A DNA stretch of 64,000 nt from Acidilobaceae archaeon (GCA_038824665.1 JAWBBK010000001.1:160001-224000); one strand, 5' to 3'; positions 19,907-29,649 are shown, numbered from the stretch's first letter. Made by a program: numbers and translations. The notes: generated from the letters alone by a model not told the origin.

Positions 19907-21286
19907 ATGCGAGAAAAGAGGCTTTTTGGAACAGATGGAGTTAGAGGGATAACGGGTAGAGACTTAACTCCTGAACTCGCTTTGAGATTAGGAAGAGCGA
20001 TAGGAGCTTTTTTCGGAAAAGGAGCTAGAGTTCTGTTAGGTAGAGACGTTCGTTATGGAGGCGATATGATAGCTTCAGCTGTAGCTTCAGGACTTCTTGC
20101 TGAAGGAGTGAAAGTCTATTACGTTGGTCTTATCCCTACTCCAGCTCTTCAGTTTTCAGTTAGAACTTTAGGTTACGACGGAGGAGTTGTTGTAACTGCA
20201 AGCCACAACCCGCCTGAATACAACGGGATTAAAGTGATAGCTTCAGATGGAATTGAGTTAGACAGAGAATCGGAAAAAGTCGTTGAAGAGCTCTTCTTTT
20301 CTCAACGGTCTTCTGAGATAGAGTGGAGAGGCTTTGAAGACATAGTAGAAATCAGAACAAACCTTATAGAAAAATACGTTAATTCTATAGCTGAACACGT
20401 AGACTCTGAAGCTATAGCTAAAAGAGGGTTTAAAGTCGTAATAGATTGTGGAAACAGCGTTGGAGCTTTAGCTACTCCGTTATTGCTTAAAAAGCTTAAA
20501 GTCAAAACGTTAAGTCTTAACTGTCATCTAGATTCAGAGTTTCCAGGTAGAGAGCCAGAGCCTACTCCTCAATCTCTAAAAGAGGCATCGGCTTTAGTTA
20601 AAGAAGCTAAAGCAGATCTAGGAGTAGCTCATGACGGAGATGCCGATAGAGCTGTCTTTATAGATGAAAAAGGAAGAGTTGTATGGGGAGATAGAAGCGG
20701 AGCTGTGTTAGCGGCTTACGCTAGCTCTAAATGGTCAAACTATCCTAAAGTTGTCTTTACTGCTGTTTCTAGCAGTCCTTTAGTAGAAGAGTACTTAAAG
20801 AAATACAACATCTCAGTTAAATGGACTCCAGTAGGCTCTATAGTGATAGCTAGAAGCTTGATCAAAGAAGGAGGCATAGCTGGTTTTGAAGAAAACGGAG
20901 GCTATATACATGCTCCTTTTCAACCAGTTAGAGATGGAGCTATGGCTACTGCTTTAATGCTTGAAGCTTTAGCTAAAGAAAAAAAAGCTCTCTCTAGCTA
21001 TCTTGACGAAATGCCTCAACTTCATGTAATCAAAACAAAGATACCAACAGTTAAAGAGATAAGAGAATGTGCTATAGAAGCTGTAAAAAAGGCTTTCGCT
21101 AACTATAGGATTATAGAAATAGATGGAGTTAAAGCGATATCGGATAAAGGATGGGTTTTAGTAAGACCTAGCGGTACAGAGCCTGTGATCAGAATAGTTG
21201 TAGAAGGAAGAACTGAAAACGAAGCAGAACAGATGCTAAACGAAGCGATTAAAGCTATAGAGATAGAGTGTAAGAGGTTGAGATAG
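19907..21286 (+). CDS. Phosphohexomutase (PGM/PMM/GlmM family)
   Basis: LFGTDGVRG, TASHNP, HDGDADR, GFEENGG, LVRPSGTEP. Confidence 0.96.
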   Translation: MREKRLFGTDGVRGITGRDLTPELALRLGRAIGAFFGKGARVLLGRDVRYGGDMIASAVASGLLAEGVKVYYVGLIPTPALQFSVRTLGYDGGVVVTASHNPPEYNGIKVIASDGIELDRESEKVVEELFFSQRSSEIEWRGFEDIVEIRTNLIEKYVNSIAEHVDSEAIAKRGFKVVIDCGNSVGALATPLLLKKLKVKTLSLNCHLDSEFPGREPEPTPQSLKEASALVKEAKADLGVAHDGDADRAVFIDEKGRVVWGDRSGAVLAAYASSKWSNYPKVVFTAVSSSPLVEEYLKKYNISVKWTPVGSIVIARSLIKEGGIAGFEENGGYIHAPFQPVRDGAMATALMLEALAKEKKALSSYLDEMPQLHVIKTKIPTVKEIRECAIEAVKKAFANYRIIEIDGVKAISDKGWVLVRPSGTEPVIRIVVEGRTENEAEQMLNEAIKAIEIECKRLR

Positions 21287-21679
21287 TTGAGATTTTATTT
21301 TTTAGAGCTGTTAGCTTGTCCTAAATGTAAGTCTGCTAACCTCAAGCTTTTCGTACTGAAAGAAGAGGTCAGAGAGGTACGAAGTCCTCTCGAGAAGTTG
21401 AGATGCAAAAGGTTCTGCGGGCTTTACAGAAGGCCTGCAGAAGAGACTCCTATCGATTTGTGTAAAGAGTGTGTCAGAAGAGTCATAGTAGACGGAGTGA
21501 TCGTGTGTCTTGATTGTAACAGATGGTATCCAATTATCGACTCGATCCCGGTTATGTTGCCAGATAAGTACAGAGGAGGTCCAGAGGACAGAAGCTTTCT
21601 CAAAAAGTACTGGAACTCTCTCTCTGAGGATTTGAAAACAGTGATGAAAGAGCCTGAACCTAAAGGGCTTCTTGGCTGA
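21287..21679 (+). CDS. trm112: Trm112 family methyltransferase activator (Zn-binding)
   Basis: LELLACPKCK...GVIVCLDCNRWYPIIDSIPVMLP. Confidence 0.9.
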   Translation: MRFYFLELLACPKCKSANLKLFVLKEEVREVRSPLEKLRCKRFCGLYRRPAEETPIDLCKECVRRVIVDGVIVCLDCNRWYPIIDSIPVMLPDKYRGGPEDRSFLKKYWNSLSEDLKTVMKEPEPKGLLG

Positions 21680-22235
21680 AGACTGTATTAAGAAGTTCTT
21701 CCGGCTAGAAGACCCAGGCCAGAAGATAGCTAAGGGAGCTTTGGTGATAGAAGAGAGGAAAGAGCCGGCCACATTAGAAGAGATAGCCGAGTGGATTAAG
21801 AAGAGGTTAAAGGAGGTAGAAGAAGAAGAGAGAATGTTGAGAACTCTTCTTTTACTCATAGAAGAGAGAGAGGTGTCGAGACCAGACGAGATAGTAGAAG
21901 AGATAAGAGTTGGGAAGAAGAGGATCGGAAGATTGCATAAAGGAAGCAACTACGTAAGAGCAGTTCCAGAAGCTCCTATAATCTTAGTGACTGAGGTCAG
22001 AGAATATTTATTAAGCTTAGAGGAAGAACTCAGAGGATCTTCTCACAACATGTTGGAACCTCCTAGACTTATCGTAAAGGAGAGACCTGACGGAACTGTT
22101 CAAGAGATAAGGTTTGAGAACCTTCAAACTACGCTAGAGTTTATAAAAGCCAAGGCTGGCCTTACGTATGCCATTGAGACATCTTTTCAACTAGTGAAGA
22201 ACAAGAGTCGAGAGAGAGAAGCAGAGGCTCTTTGA
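21672..22235 (+). CDS. Hypothetical protein with coiled-coil N-terminus
   Basis: Long ORF with host-like codon usage, in the same transcription unit; start uncertain (possibly ~21741-21744). Confidence 0.7.
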   Translation: MAEDCIKKFFRLEDPGQKIAKGALVIEERKEPATLEEIAEWIKKRLKEVEEEERMLRTLLLLIEEREVSRPDEIVEEIRVGKKRIGRLHKGSNYVRAVPEAPIILVTEVREYLLSLEEELRGSSHNMLEPPRLIVKERPDGTVQEIRFENLQTTLEFIKAKAGLTYAIETSFQLVKNKSREREAEAL

Positions 22236-22259
22236 GGGTCTTTGGTTACATCAGATAGA

Positions 22260-22697
22260 TCAGATAGATATGGACGGCCATCTGCGCTCTTGATCTTCTC
22301 GCACTTCTCCTGAAGTCCATCTTGTTTGAAATAGCACCGGGCTTAACTTGTTATCAGCATGATACTTCTCTATAGTATTCCTCACTTCAGTTGTATGTGT
22401 CATGTCGAGCTTGAGGAGTAACTCCAAGACCTGCATAGTAGTCTTCCAAACTTCTAGGAGCTGTTCTTTCGTTAGAACGCTAGCGATTAAGGGGTCTTGC
22501 ATCCAATCGTCGAATGCTTTGAGAGTTCTTATCAGATGATTGAATGCTGCTCTAGTGTGGATGATCATGTGAAGTCTATCTGCGCTTTCTATCTTTGAAT
22601 CGACTTGTTTGAAGCTCTCTAGCATGTACTTCTGGTAGCTAACCCACCTTTCCAAGCTTCTTAAAAACTCTTTTATATCTCTCTGAGAGCTAGACAA
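22260..22697 (-). CDS. DUF2153 family protein
   Basis: ADRL..TRAAFNHLIRTLKAFDDWMQDP..LDMTHT. Confidence 0.85.
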   Translation of the reverse strand: MSSSQRDIKEFLRSLERWVSYQKYMLESFKQVDSKIESADRLHMIIHTRAAFNHLIRTLKAFDDWMQDPLIASVLTKEQLLEVWKTTMQVLELLLKLDMTHTTEVRNTIEKYHADNKLSPVLFQTRWTSGEVREDQERRWPSISI

Positions 22698-23102
22698 GCT
22701 TGCACCCGTTAGATTTCGACAGGCGAGACCTAATTTTTAGTTGTGGTCTTTAGATTCATAGGAGATTAGAGACGACTTCTGAATATGTCTAGTCGTTTTG
22801 TCTGAATTTGCTAAGGCTAATAGTTTACTGGCTTATCTTCTAAATAGACAATTTTTGAAGACCAAAAAAGCTCGTACACATTTAGGTTGAGCAGGAAAAA
22901 CTTTCTTCACATCAGCCTTAGAGACCTCTTTAGCTATATCTGTGACAGGTTTTGTTACGTTGAGGCGAGATCTTCAGGGGTTCTCATGTCTTCTGCTTAG
23001 GGACTTTGAGACACTTCTTTAAGACTAAATTCAGTCAACTCGAAAGTCTATCTCATTAAGTTCGTTAAGCTTGGCTTAAAGCGAGATGACCAAAAAGCTT
23101 TC

Positions 23103-23167
23103 CGGTCAATCCTTTGACCCCACATCAACGGAGCTTCCTCAGACTATGTCGGCTCTATCATCCCAGT
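23103..23167 (-). ncRNA. Candidate box C/D guide sRNA
   Basis: C GGGATGA (23164-23158), D' CTGA (23142-23139), C' TGATGT (23127-23122), D TTGA (23109-23106); D' guide contains AGAGCCGACAT, complementary to the conserved 23S AUGUCGGCUCU; TATA-like CTTAAA ~25 nt upstream. Confidence 0.55.
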
Positions 23168-23213
23168 TATGTCTTGTTGACTGAAGCCTTTAAGCAGAGA
23201 GCTGTGACGTATC

Positions 23214-23741
23214 TCAGCTTAGCGTCTCTAACTCACAGTTCTTTTCTCTCTTACACGCTTCTATAGCTATGTTGAAAAGAGCTTGACTCATTATATTCAG
23301 GGTTTCTCCTAACGTGATCATCCAGTCCTGTTGAGTTCCTAGTATTAAGCTACAGAGAACTCTCTCAGCTCTTCTCACTATAGCCCTTCCCACGTGTATA
23401 GCGGCCACTTCAGGAGGTCCTGAGGGAGCTAGAAAGGCTTTAGGCCTTTCGCCTCCTCTTTTTTTGAGAACTTCTTTCATGAAGTTTATATCTTCGTTAG
23501 TGACGAGCAAGCTACCTAGATAGACCGAAGCTGCGACTTTGTATAGGATCTCTTGGATGCGTTTGAGATCCTCTTTGAGTTCCTTATCTTTCAGAAAGGC
23601 TCTAGCTAACCCGAGCGTAGCTACAGCTTCGTCAATGCTACCGTAGAACTCCACCAGCGTATGACTCTTGGGTACCCTTAGACCTCCTTTACCTAGAGTA
23701 TAACAGACCTCGACTTCTTCCACCAAGTTCTTCGCCTCCAT
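23214..23741 (-). CDS. PduO-type cob(I)alamin adenosyltransferase family protein
   Basis: RVPKS..VEFYGSIDEA..LGLAR, F.APSG, HVGRAIVRRAER, LNIMSQALF. Confidence 0.85.
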   Translation of the reverse strand: MEAKNLVEEVEVCYTLGKGGLRVPKSHTLVEFYGSIDEAVATLGLARAFLKDKELKEDLKRIQEILYKVAASVYLGSLLVTNEDINFMKEVLKKRGGERPKAFLAPSGPPEVAAIHVGRAIVRRAERVLCSLILGTQQDWMITLGETLNIMSQALFNIAIEACKREKNCELETLS

Positions 23742-23967
23742 CGTCTAAGTCCTTCAAGATCTCTAAAAGGAGGTCTACTCTCCTATCTCTTCTAAGCTCT
23801 TCGAGTTTCTTCTTCAGTCTCCAGTTTTTTCTCCTTCCTGAAATCTTTATTGCCAAATTCAATGCTTTCAGTCCTTCGGAGGTCAGAAGACCTCTCTTAT
23901 CGTAATAAGTTCCTTGACCTTCAGCTATTATCTTGAGCAAACAGAACAGATCGTACTCAAAACTCAA
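23689..23967 (-). CDS. Hypothetical protein
   Basis: 92-aa ORF with a GAGGAG SD-like motif upstream, overlapping the PduO gene. Confidence 0.6.
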   Translation of the reverse strand: MSFEYDLFCLLKIIAEGQGTYYDKRGLLTSEGLKALNLAIKISGRRKNWRLKKKLEELRRDRRVDLLLEILKDLDDGGEELGGRSRGLLYSR

Positions 23968-24060
23968 AAGAGGCTCCTCGGAGACTTTTTATGACTTTCA
24001 ACACCTTTAACTGCTCTGATCTACTTCAGCTATCGTAAGGACTTGGGAACCTTGATCTGT

Positions 24061-24267
24061 TTAAACTTGATAGAGCTTTTGGACAACGTCTGGAGGTAAA
24101 TCTTTCTCGTGAATTACCTTAAAGCTTCTGGGAACTCTTCTTGTTTTTAGATCAAGGATCACGTACTTAGATGAGTCTTTCTCGTCTCTGCTCTTAAGCA
24201 CTCTGAGCTTAACGTACCATCCGTCTTTCCTTCTCACGTAGGCATACTTTTCGTGCTTTCCGCTCAT
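24061..24267 (-). CDS. DUF5622-like small conserved crenarchaeal protein
   Basis: KHEKYAYVRRKDGWYVKLRVLKSR..KYVIL..LPPDV. Confidence 0.75.
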   Translation of the reverse strand: MSGKHEKYAYVRRKDGWYVKLRVLKSRDEKDSSKYVILDLKTRRVPRSFKVIHEKDLPPDVVQKLYQV

Positions 24268-24329
24268 ATGGATCCCTATTCGAAGAGAGCGGTAGACCTT
24301 AAAAACAATGATGTCTTTTTAAATAAGTT

Positions 24330-25091
24330 TTGGAGACTGAGATGATAGTTTACGATATACATTGTCATCTCTATGAGTACAACGATGAAGAAATAGCCAG
24401 ACTCTTCGAGGAAGACAAGAACTTACGTGTAGTTGCTGTTTCAGACGATAGAGAGTCGCTTATAAGAACTGTTGCTTTAGGTCAAGCGTATCCTGATAGA
24501 GTAATTCCATGTGCAGGTTTTCATCCTTGGAACTTGAAGCGAGAACGAGGTTCAACAGAAGCTGAAGAGATATTAAGACTCGCCTACAGACTTGACATTT
24601 CTTGTCTGGGCGAGATAGGGCTAGACGCTAAGTTCCTATCTGACCACACATTGCAGATACAGAAAGAGATTTTGGCTAAGTTTCTCCTATTAGCTCGAGA
24701 GGTTCCAGTCTTCCTTGTACTTCACTCTCCAGACGCGTGGAAAGAGGTCTTCCTGATGCTTGTAGAGCACGATATCGATAAAGCGGTCTTTCACTGGTAT
24801 ACAGGCTCAATTAATCTAGCTCAGTTAATAGCGACGAGAGGTTACAAGATTTCGATTAATCCAGCTGTCAGGGTTCAGGAAAAGCACGCTCAGGTAGCTA
24901 AGAGCGTTCCGTTAGACTCCATAGTGTTAGAGAGCGACGCCCCATATGATTACAAAGGACTAAAGTTAAGTCCTCTGATGATCCGAGAGACTCTAAAGTT
25001 TCTAGCTGAAGTAAGGAGACGCTCTGTAGAAGAGCTTCTAGAGATCGTTAGGGAGAACAGCGAGAAGCTGATAGGGAGAGCTCTTGTCTAG
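24330..25091 (+). CDS. TatD family hydrolase/nuclease
   Basis: DIHCHL, GFHPW, GEIGLD, VLHS, VFHWYTG, LESDAPY. Confidence 0.95.
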   Translation: METEMIVYDIHCHLYEYNDEEIARLFEEDKNLRVVAVSDDRESLIRTVALGQAYPDRVIPCAGFHPWNLKRERGSTEAEEILRLAYRLDISCLGEIGLDAKFLSDHTLQIQKEILAKFLLLAREVPVFLVLHSPDAWKEVFLMLVEHDIDKAVFHWYTGSINLAQLIATRGYKISINPAVRVQEKHAQVAKSVPLDSIVLESDAPYDYKGLKLSPLMIRETLKFLAEVRRRSVEELLEIVRENSEKLIGRALV

Positions 25092-25807
25092 TTCTTCACA
25101 GTTACACATTCCCCTTCGTTCTTAGGCTCGAGCCAAGCTTTCTCAATATCTAGACGATATGTATCGAGAGCCTCTTTTACAGCACGTCCCTCTAGACATA
25201 ACTTTTCGTGGAAGAGAGGAGCATCTACGACCAGCGTCTCAGCTTCTCCTCCTTCGAAAGCGGGATTGAAGCCGTACCTTTTAGAGAGCGCTACTATTTC
25301 AGCTACGTGTTTGGGTTGGAGCACGACTCCTAGGTGTTTAATGCCTAGTCCCATTGTCGAGATCTTAACTATCACGATTTTGAAACCCTCTCTAACGAGA
25401 GAGTTCAGATAAACTTCTTGGTTTATGCCCCAAAGAGGAGCATAGACTTTAAGTCCCAACCTAGACGCTATAGCCATTATTCGGTCTTTCTGGAATCTGC
25501 TCGAGATAACGCCTATAGCTATACCTTCGATGTCATACTTCTCGATAACAGTTTTAAGTACGTTCTCCAGCTCGAACAGTTCGGAACCTTTAGACCCCGA
25601 TACCAAGAACTCTTCTAATCTGTCTTTCATCCTCATGGCTTCGGCTTGTAGACTCACTAGAGAGGTAGCAGGAACATGAAAGAGCCAGCTCTCTCCACTC
25701 ATGCTGTGAAAGACTATAAGACACTCGACGCTATGTCCTTCCCAAATGGCTTTATGAAGTGAGTAAACGCTATCCTTCCCTCCTGAAATCAAAACGCAGA
25801 GCCTCAA
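25088..25807 (-). CDS. dph6: Diphthine--ammonia ligase (Dph6, PP-loop ATPase)
   Basis: SGGKDS, SWLFH, APLW, AFEGGEAETLVVDAPLF. Confidence 0.92.
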   Translation of the reverse strand: MRLCVLISGGKDSVYSLHKAIWEGHSVECLIVFHSMSGESWLFHVPATSLVSLQAEAMRMKDRLEEFLVSGSKGSELFELENVLKTVIEKYDIEGIAIGVISSRFQKDRIMAIASRLGLKVYAPLWGINQEVYLNSLVREGFKIVIVKISTMGLGIKHLGVVLQPKHVAEIVALSKRYGFNPAFEGGEAETLVVDAPLFHEKLCLEGRAVKEALDTYRLDIEKAWLEPKNEGECVTVKN

Positions 25808-26132
25808 GAAGCTCTTGCGCCTCCTTCAAGCAGATGTTCCTAGCTCTTGAGAGAGACCCCTCTGCAGGATCTCCTTCAGCTTTAGTCTTTAGTCTCAAGC
25901 TAATCGCATCAAACCTCTTTTCTTCAAATGCGAGAATCACAGCTTCACAAAGCCGAAGTCTAGCGTAACAGAGCTTTACAGAGCCTAGAGAGAGAGCATC
26001 GAAACATCTCTCTGGAGGTTTCGAGAGTTCTGCGTAGAAGTCTATGCTATATAGTCTTTCTCCGTTAGGAGAGTCTACGCGAATAACTCTATAAAATCTA
26101 TTGAAGTACTCTTCCAGAACGGGAGATAACAT
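25770..26132 (-). CDS. Hypothetical protein
   Basis: 120-aa ORF, GGAG SD, co-oriented between the Zn-finger gene and dph6. Confidence 0.65.
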   Translation of the reverse strand: MLSPVLEEYFNRFYRVIRVDSPNGERLYSIDFYAELSKPPERCFDALSLGSVKLCYARLRLCEAVILAFEEKRFDAISLRLKTKAEGDPAEGSLSRARNICLKEAQELLEALRFDFRREG

Positions 26133-26140
26133 ACAGCTCC

Positions 26141-26398
26141 TTACTCCTCAAAAACAGGCGTCGCTATAAGCAGTTTGCTTCCACAGTAGGGACATTTGTA
26201 CTTCATTGTTCTGCTACACGCATGACAGAAGTACGCTTCGACAGTTGTCCTACACTTAGGACAGACATAGGCTATTTGTTTTTTAGATTTACCTATGCTA
26301 CCTAGCAGGTCTAATGGAGTAGCGCAAATCCTACACTTCACTGTAAACCATCCGGTGTGACCCATCGCGTTTGCTCCTTTCAGTAAGCCTATAGTCAC
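26141..26398 (-). CDS. Small Cys-rich zinc-finger protein
   Basis: Four CxxC motifs (CRIC, CPKC, CHAC, CPYC). Confidence 0.75.
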   Translation of the reverse strand: MTIGLLKGANAMGHTGWFTVKCRICATPLDLLGSIGKSKKQIAYVCPKCRTTVEAYFCHACSRTMKYKCPYCGSKLLIATPVFEE

Positions 26399-26533
26399 TC
26401 TCTTTCGCCTCCGAATCCCTCCTCTCTCGGACCTTATATCAGCTTAGCTCTCCGTTAGCCCGAGCTGACTCGACTTCAGCTCTTCGGAAACCCTTATAAG
26501 TCTTCGGGGGAGGATTGTGGAGATTAAGGGAAC

Positions 26534-26610
<77 letters not shown>

Positions 26611-26695
26611 GTTCCTACCTCTTCTGTTCTACTGAACTATGTCTAGATGAAACTTTATAGGGGGTGGGATTAAAGGCTGAAGAGAGAGGGGGTTA

Positions 26696-27937
26696 ATGAG
26701 AGGGGACAGACTTACTAGAAACGTCTATGTAGAGGAGTGGAAGGCTCCTAGTGTTTCAGATATGGAAGTAGAGATCGTGGAGAGAAAGGGTCTCGGACAT
26801 CCAGACCATATATGTGATGCAGTTTCTGAAGCTGTCAGTATAGCCCTAAGCAGGTATTACATTGAAAGGTTCGGGAGAATTCTACATCACAATGTAGACA
26901 AGGTACTTCTCGTAGGAGGACAAGCAAAGCCTCGCTTCGGTGGAGGTGAGGTTCTTCAGCCCATAAGGATAATAGTATCGGGTAGAGTCACAACTGAGGT
27001 AATCGATAACGGTAACGTCGAATACGTCCCCTTTGGGACTTTGGTAATAGAAGCTACGAAGTCCTGGCTTAAAAAGAACTTCAGGTTTTTAGACCCAGAC
27101 TTCCATGTAATAGTAGACTATAAAATCGGTAAGGGTAGCGCTGACTTAAGATCAGTTGTTGAGGCCGAGTCTAAAATACCTCTAGCTAATGATACTAGCG
27201 TAGGTCTAGGCTTTGCACCTCTCTCAACTTTAGAAAAGCTAGTGTTAGAAACCGAGAAGTTTTTGAACGATAAAGAGTTCAAGAAAAAGTATCCGGCTGT
27301 AGGAGAAGACGTTAAAGTAATGGGTCTACGCAAAGGCAAGAAGATAATGCTAACCGTAGCGGCTGCTATGATAAGCGGTCTGATACTAGACCCCGACGAG
27401 TACTTCTCCATAAAAGAAGACATAAAGGAGGAAGTTCTGTCCCTAACATCCAGGATAGCTCCAGAACACGAGGTAGAGGTCTACATCAACACTGCAGACT
27501 CTAAAGAGAAAGGGATCTATTACCTAACCGTTACAGGTACTAGTGCTGAACACGGAGACGACGGAGCTACGGGCAGAGGGAATAGAGCGAATGGTCTCAT
27601 CACCCCCTTCAGACCCATGAGTCTTGAGGCTACAGCAGGAAAGAATCCTATAAGTCACGTTGGTAAGATATACAATGTAGTGGCTAAGGACATAGCTGAG
27701 TCTGTGTACTCACGTCTAGAGTCGAGAGGAGTCAGAGAGGTCTACGTTTCTCTGCTCAGCCAGATCGGAAGACCTATAGATGACCCATTGATCGCAGACA
27801 TCAAGATCAAGATGAGACAAGGATACTCGCTGACCTCTGATATAGCTAACGAGGCTCTAGGAGTCGCGGAGGAGAAGCTGGAGAACATAACCTCATATGT
27901 TGAAAAGATCCTCAGAGGAGAGGTCCAACTGTTTTAA
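26696..27937 (+). CDS. mat: Archaeal S-adenosylmethionine synthetase
   Basis: [53 protein letters not shown]. Confidence 0.97.
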   Translation: MRGDRLTRNVYVEEWKAPSVSDMEVEIVERKGLGHPDHICDAVSEAVSIALSRYYIERFGRILHHNVDKVLLVGGQAKPRFGGGEVLQPIRIIVSGRVTTEVIDNGNVEYVPFGTLVIEATKSWLKKNFRFLDPDFHVIVDYKIGKGSADLRSVVEAESKIPLANDTSVGLGFAPLSTLEKLVLETEKFLNDKEFKKKYPAVGEDVKVMGLRKGKKIMLTVAAAMISGLILDPDEYFSIKEDIKEEVLSLTSRIAPEHEVEVYINTADSKEKGIYYLTVTGTSAEHGDDGATGRGNRANGLITPFRPMSLEATAGKNPISHVGKIYNVVAKDIAESVYSRLESRGVREVYVSLLSQIGRPIDDPLIADIKIKMRQGYSLTSDIANEALGVAEEKLENITSYVEKILRGEVQLF

Positions 27938-27968
27938 AACCAATACAGACGTTTTTTTAATTAACTCC

Positions 27969-27983
27969 TTTTAAAGTTTAAAA
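27969..27983. promoter_or_regulatory. Palindrome TTTTAAA-G-TTTAAAA overlapping the TATA region of the ArsR gene
   Basis: Perfect 7-bp arms 18-32 nt upstream of the ArsR start; AT-only, so may be chance. Confidence 0.35.
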
Positions 27984-28000
27984 ACGCTGTTTTAAGGTAC

Positions 28001-28366
28001 TTGTCACGAGGGCTTCTACGGTTGGAGATTGCTTTTGAAGGGCTTGCAAAGTTCTTTAAATTGCTTTCAGACCCCACGAGATTAAAGATATTGATGTACA
28101 TAATGGCTCTAGGTCCTACCTCTCCTTTAAAGATTTCTCAAGACTTAGGAAAGTCTACCAACCTGGTCTCCTACCACTTAGGCTTTCTTAGCAGAATCGG
28201 ACTTGTAAGCAAAAAGCGACAAGGTAAGAGAGTACTTTACACTTTGTCTGACAAGGAGTTCGAAAAGTTGCTTTCTCTCCTAGCAGATTACTTCAAACGC
28301 AAGAGTTCTATGGACAGCTTACAGTTCAGAAGGTTCAGATCTAACTCTAGTGGAGGTCGTGTCTAA
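28001..28366 (+). CDS. ArsR/SmtB family transcriptional regulator
   Basis: FKLLSDPTRLKIL, VSYHLGFL..GLV..RQGKRVLY. Confidence 0.92.
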   Translation: MSRGLLRLEIAFEGLAKFFKLLSDPTRLKILMYIMALGPTSPLKISQDLGKSTNLVSYHLGFLSRIGLVSKKRQGKRVLYTLSDKEFEKLLSLLADYFKRKSSMDSLQFRRFRSNSSGGRV

Positions 28367-28368
28367 AT

Positions 28369-29227
28369 ATGAAGAGAGTTGAGTTTCAATATGGTCTTTT
28401 ACTATTTCTGACACTCATATTAGTTGCGGCTCTTCCGACTAGCGCTACTAGCGCTTTAGAGGGCTCAGGAGAACTCTGGGTTCTCGCTTCTGGCGACGTC
28501 AAAGCTACTTATACGATCAAAACAAGAACTCTTCCAACTGATGTCGAGACCTACATAATAGCAGGAGCGGTTTACGTAAACGTTTACTGTGATGGTGAGC
28601 CCATCCCGTTTGAGTACAACAGCGTGAGCGGAACTCTGAGGTTCACAATGACTTGCGGAACAGCCAGAATAGAAGCCGTTAGCTCTGAGCTCACCTCGAA
28701 AAGCGGAATGCTGTGGACTCTCAAGATGAACCCCCACGATTTCTCTATTAGTGTACTGCTACCGCCTGAAGCTATCGTGGTTTCGGTCAAGCCAACAGAT
28801 TTCAGAGCGACTTTCCGAGATGATAGGATAGTCTTAACGTTTCCCGCTAGATCTGAGGTCGAGGTTGAGTTCCTGTTAGTCACTCGACAACAAGCTCAAG
28901 AAGGGCTGTCTCTTCCGCTTGTCGTCGCTGTGTTTATAGCTATAGCTGTCTTAGCTCTCATAGCTGTAACTATATACAAAATCAAATTTCGCGAGGAGAG
29001 AAAGAGCTGATATGAGCTTAGAGCTAGATGATAGAGACAAGGCGATAATCGAGACTCTCAGAGAACAAGGTGAGGCTACAGTGGCTGAACTCCAGCAGAA
29101 GACAGGAATACCTAAGACTCCTCTGTACAGAAGACTCAAGAAGCTTGAAGAGATGGGATTGATAGAACCACGTGAGACAGGAGGAGCTAGAAAATATAGG
29201 CTAAAGAGCGATAAGCGTGAAAGCTAG
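28369..29227 (+). pseudogene. Membrane-anchored HTH regulator (COG2512-like) split by a +1 frameshift into 28369-29010 and 29012-29227
   Basis: Signal peptide, beta-rich domain and TM, then wHTH (ELDDRDKAII..GIPKTPLYRRLKKLEEMGLI). Removing one base near 28990 fuses them (..KFARRERADMSLEL..). Confidence 0.6.
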
Positions 29228-29270
29228 GTTTAGAGAAGACACTTTTAAGCTCTGTCCGTTTCTATAGTGC

Positions 29271-29329
29271 TGAATGATGAATACACGGCAAAGCGATACC
29301 TAGATGAGCTCTCCTGGCCTTTCTGAGAC
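29271..29329 (+). ncRNA. Candidate box C/D guide sRNA
   Basis: C ATGATGA 29274-29280, D' GCGA 29293-29296, C' AGATGA 29302-29307, D CTGA 29323-29326; TATA TTTTAAG ~29243. Confidence 0.6.
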
Positions 29330-29330
29330 C

Positions 29331-29645
29331 TCAATTGATCAAGATATCGAAGACTACTGTAGCCGTTACCAAAAAGCTTAGGAATTGCGCTATAGATATC
29401 TCGAGAATTCTAAACAAGTCCGTAGACTTCAGCAAATGAGCTTTGATTAGAGCGACAACGTAGACTGCTCCTATAACAGCATTGGCTAGGAGGCCTAGGG
29501 CTGTGACCGTTCTCAGCTGGTCTGGGTATAGGGAACCCTTAAAAGCCCATACCAGTAATGTGTAGAACAACCCTATGACGAAGCCTACAGCTATAGCGAT
29601 AGCCACATAAAGCTTAAAGAAGGACTTCGTGTTGTTGTAGCTCAA
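29331..29645 (-). CDS. Small three-TM membrane protein
   Basis: Three hydrophobic stretches; follows the flavin reductase by 4 nt. Confidence 0.7.
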   Translation of the reverse strand: MSYNNTKSFFKLYVAIAIAVGFVIGLFYTLLVWAFKGSLYPDQLRTVTALGLLANAVIGAVYVVALIKAHLLKSTDLFRILEISIAQFLSFLVTATVVFDILIN

Positions 29646-29649
29646 AGTC

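Noticed and set aside
21311-21949. 212-aa minus-strand ORF
   Set aside because: Fully antisense to trm112 and the next gene; Ser/Leu-rich shadow composition
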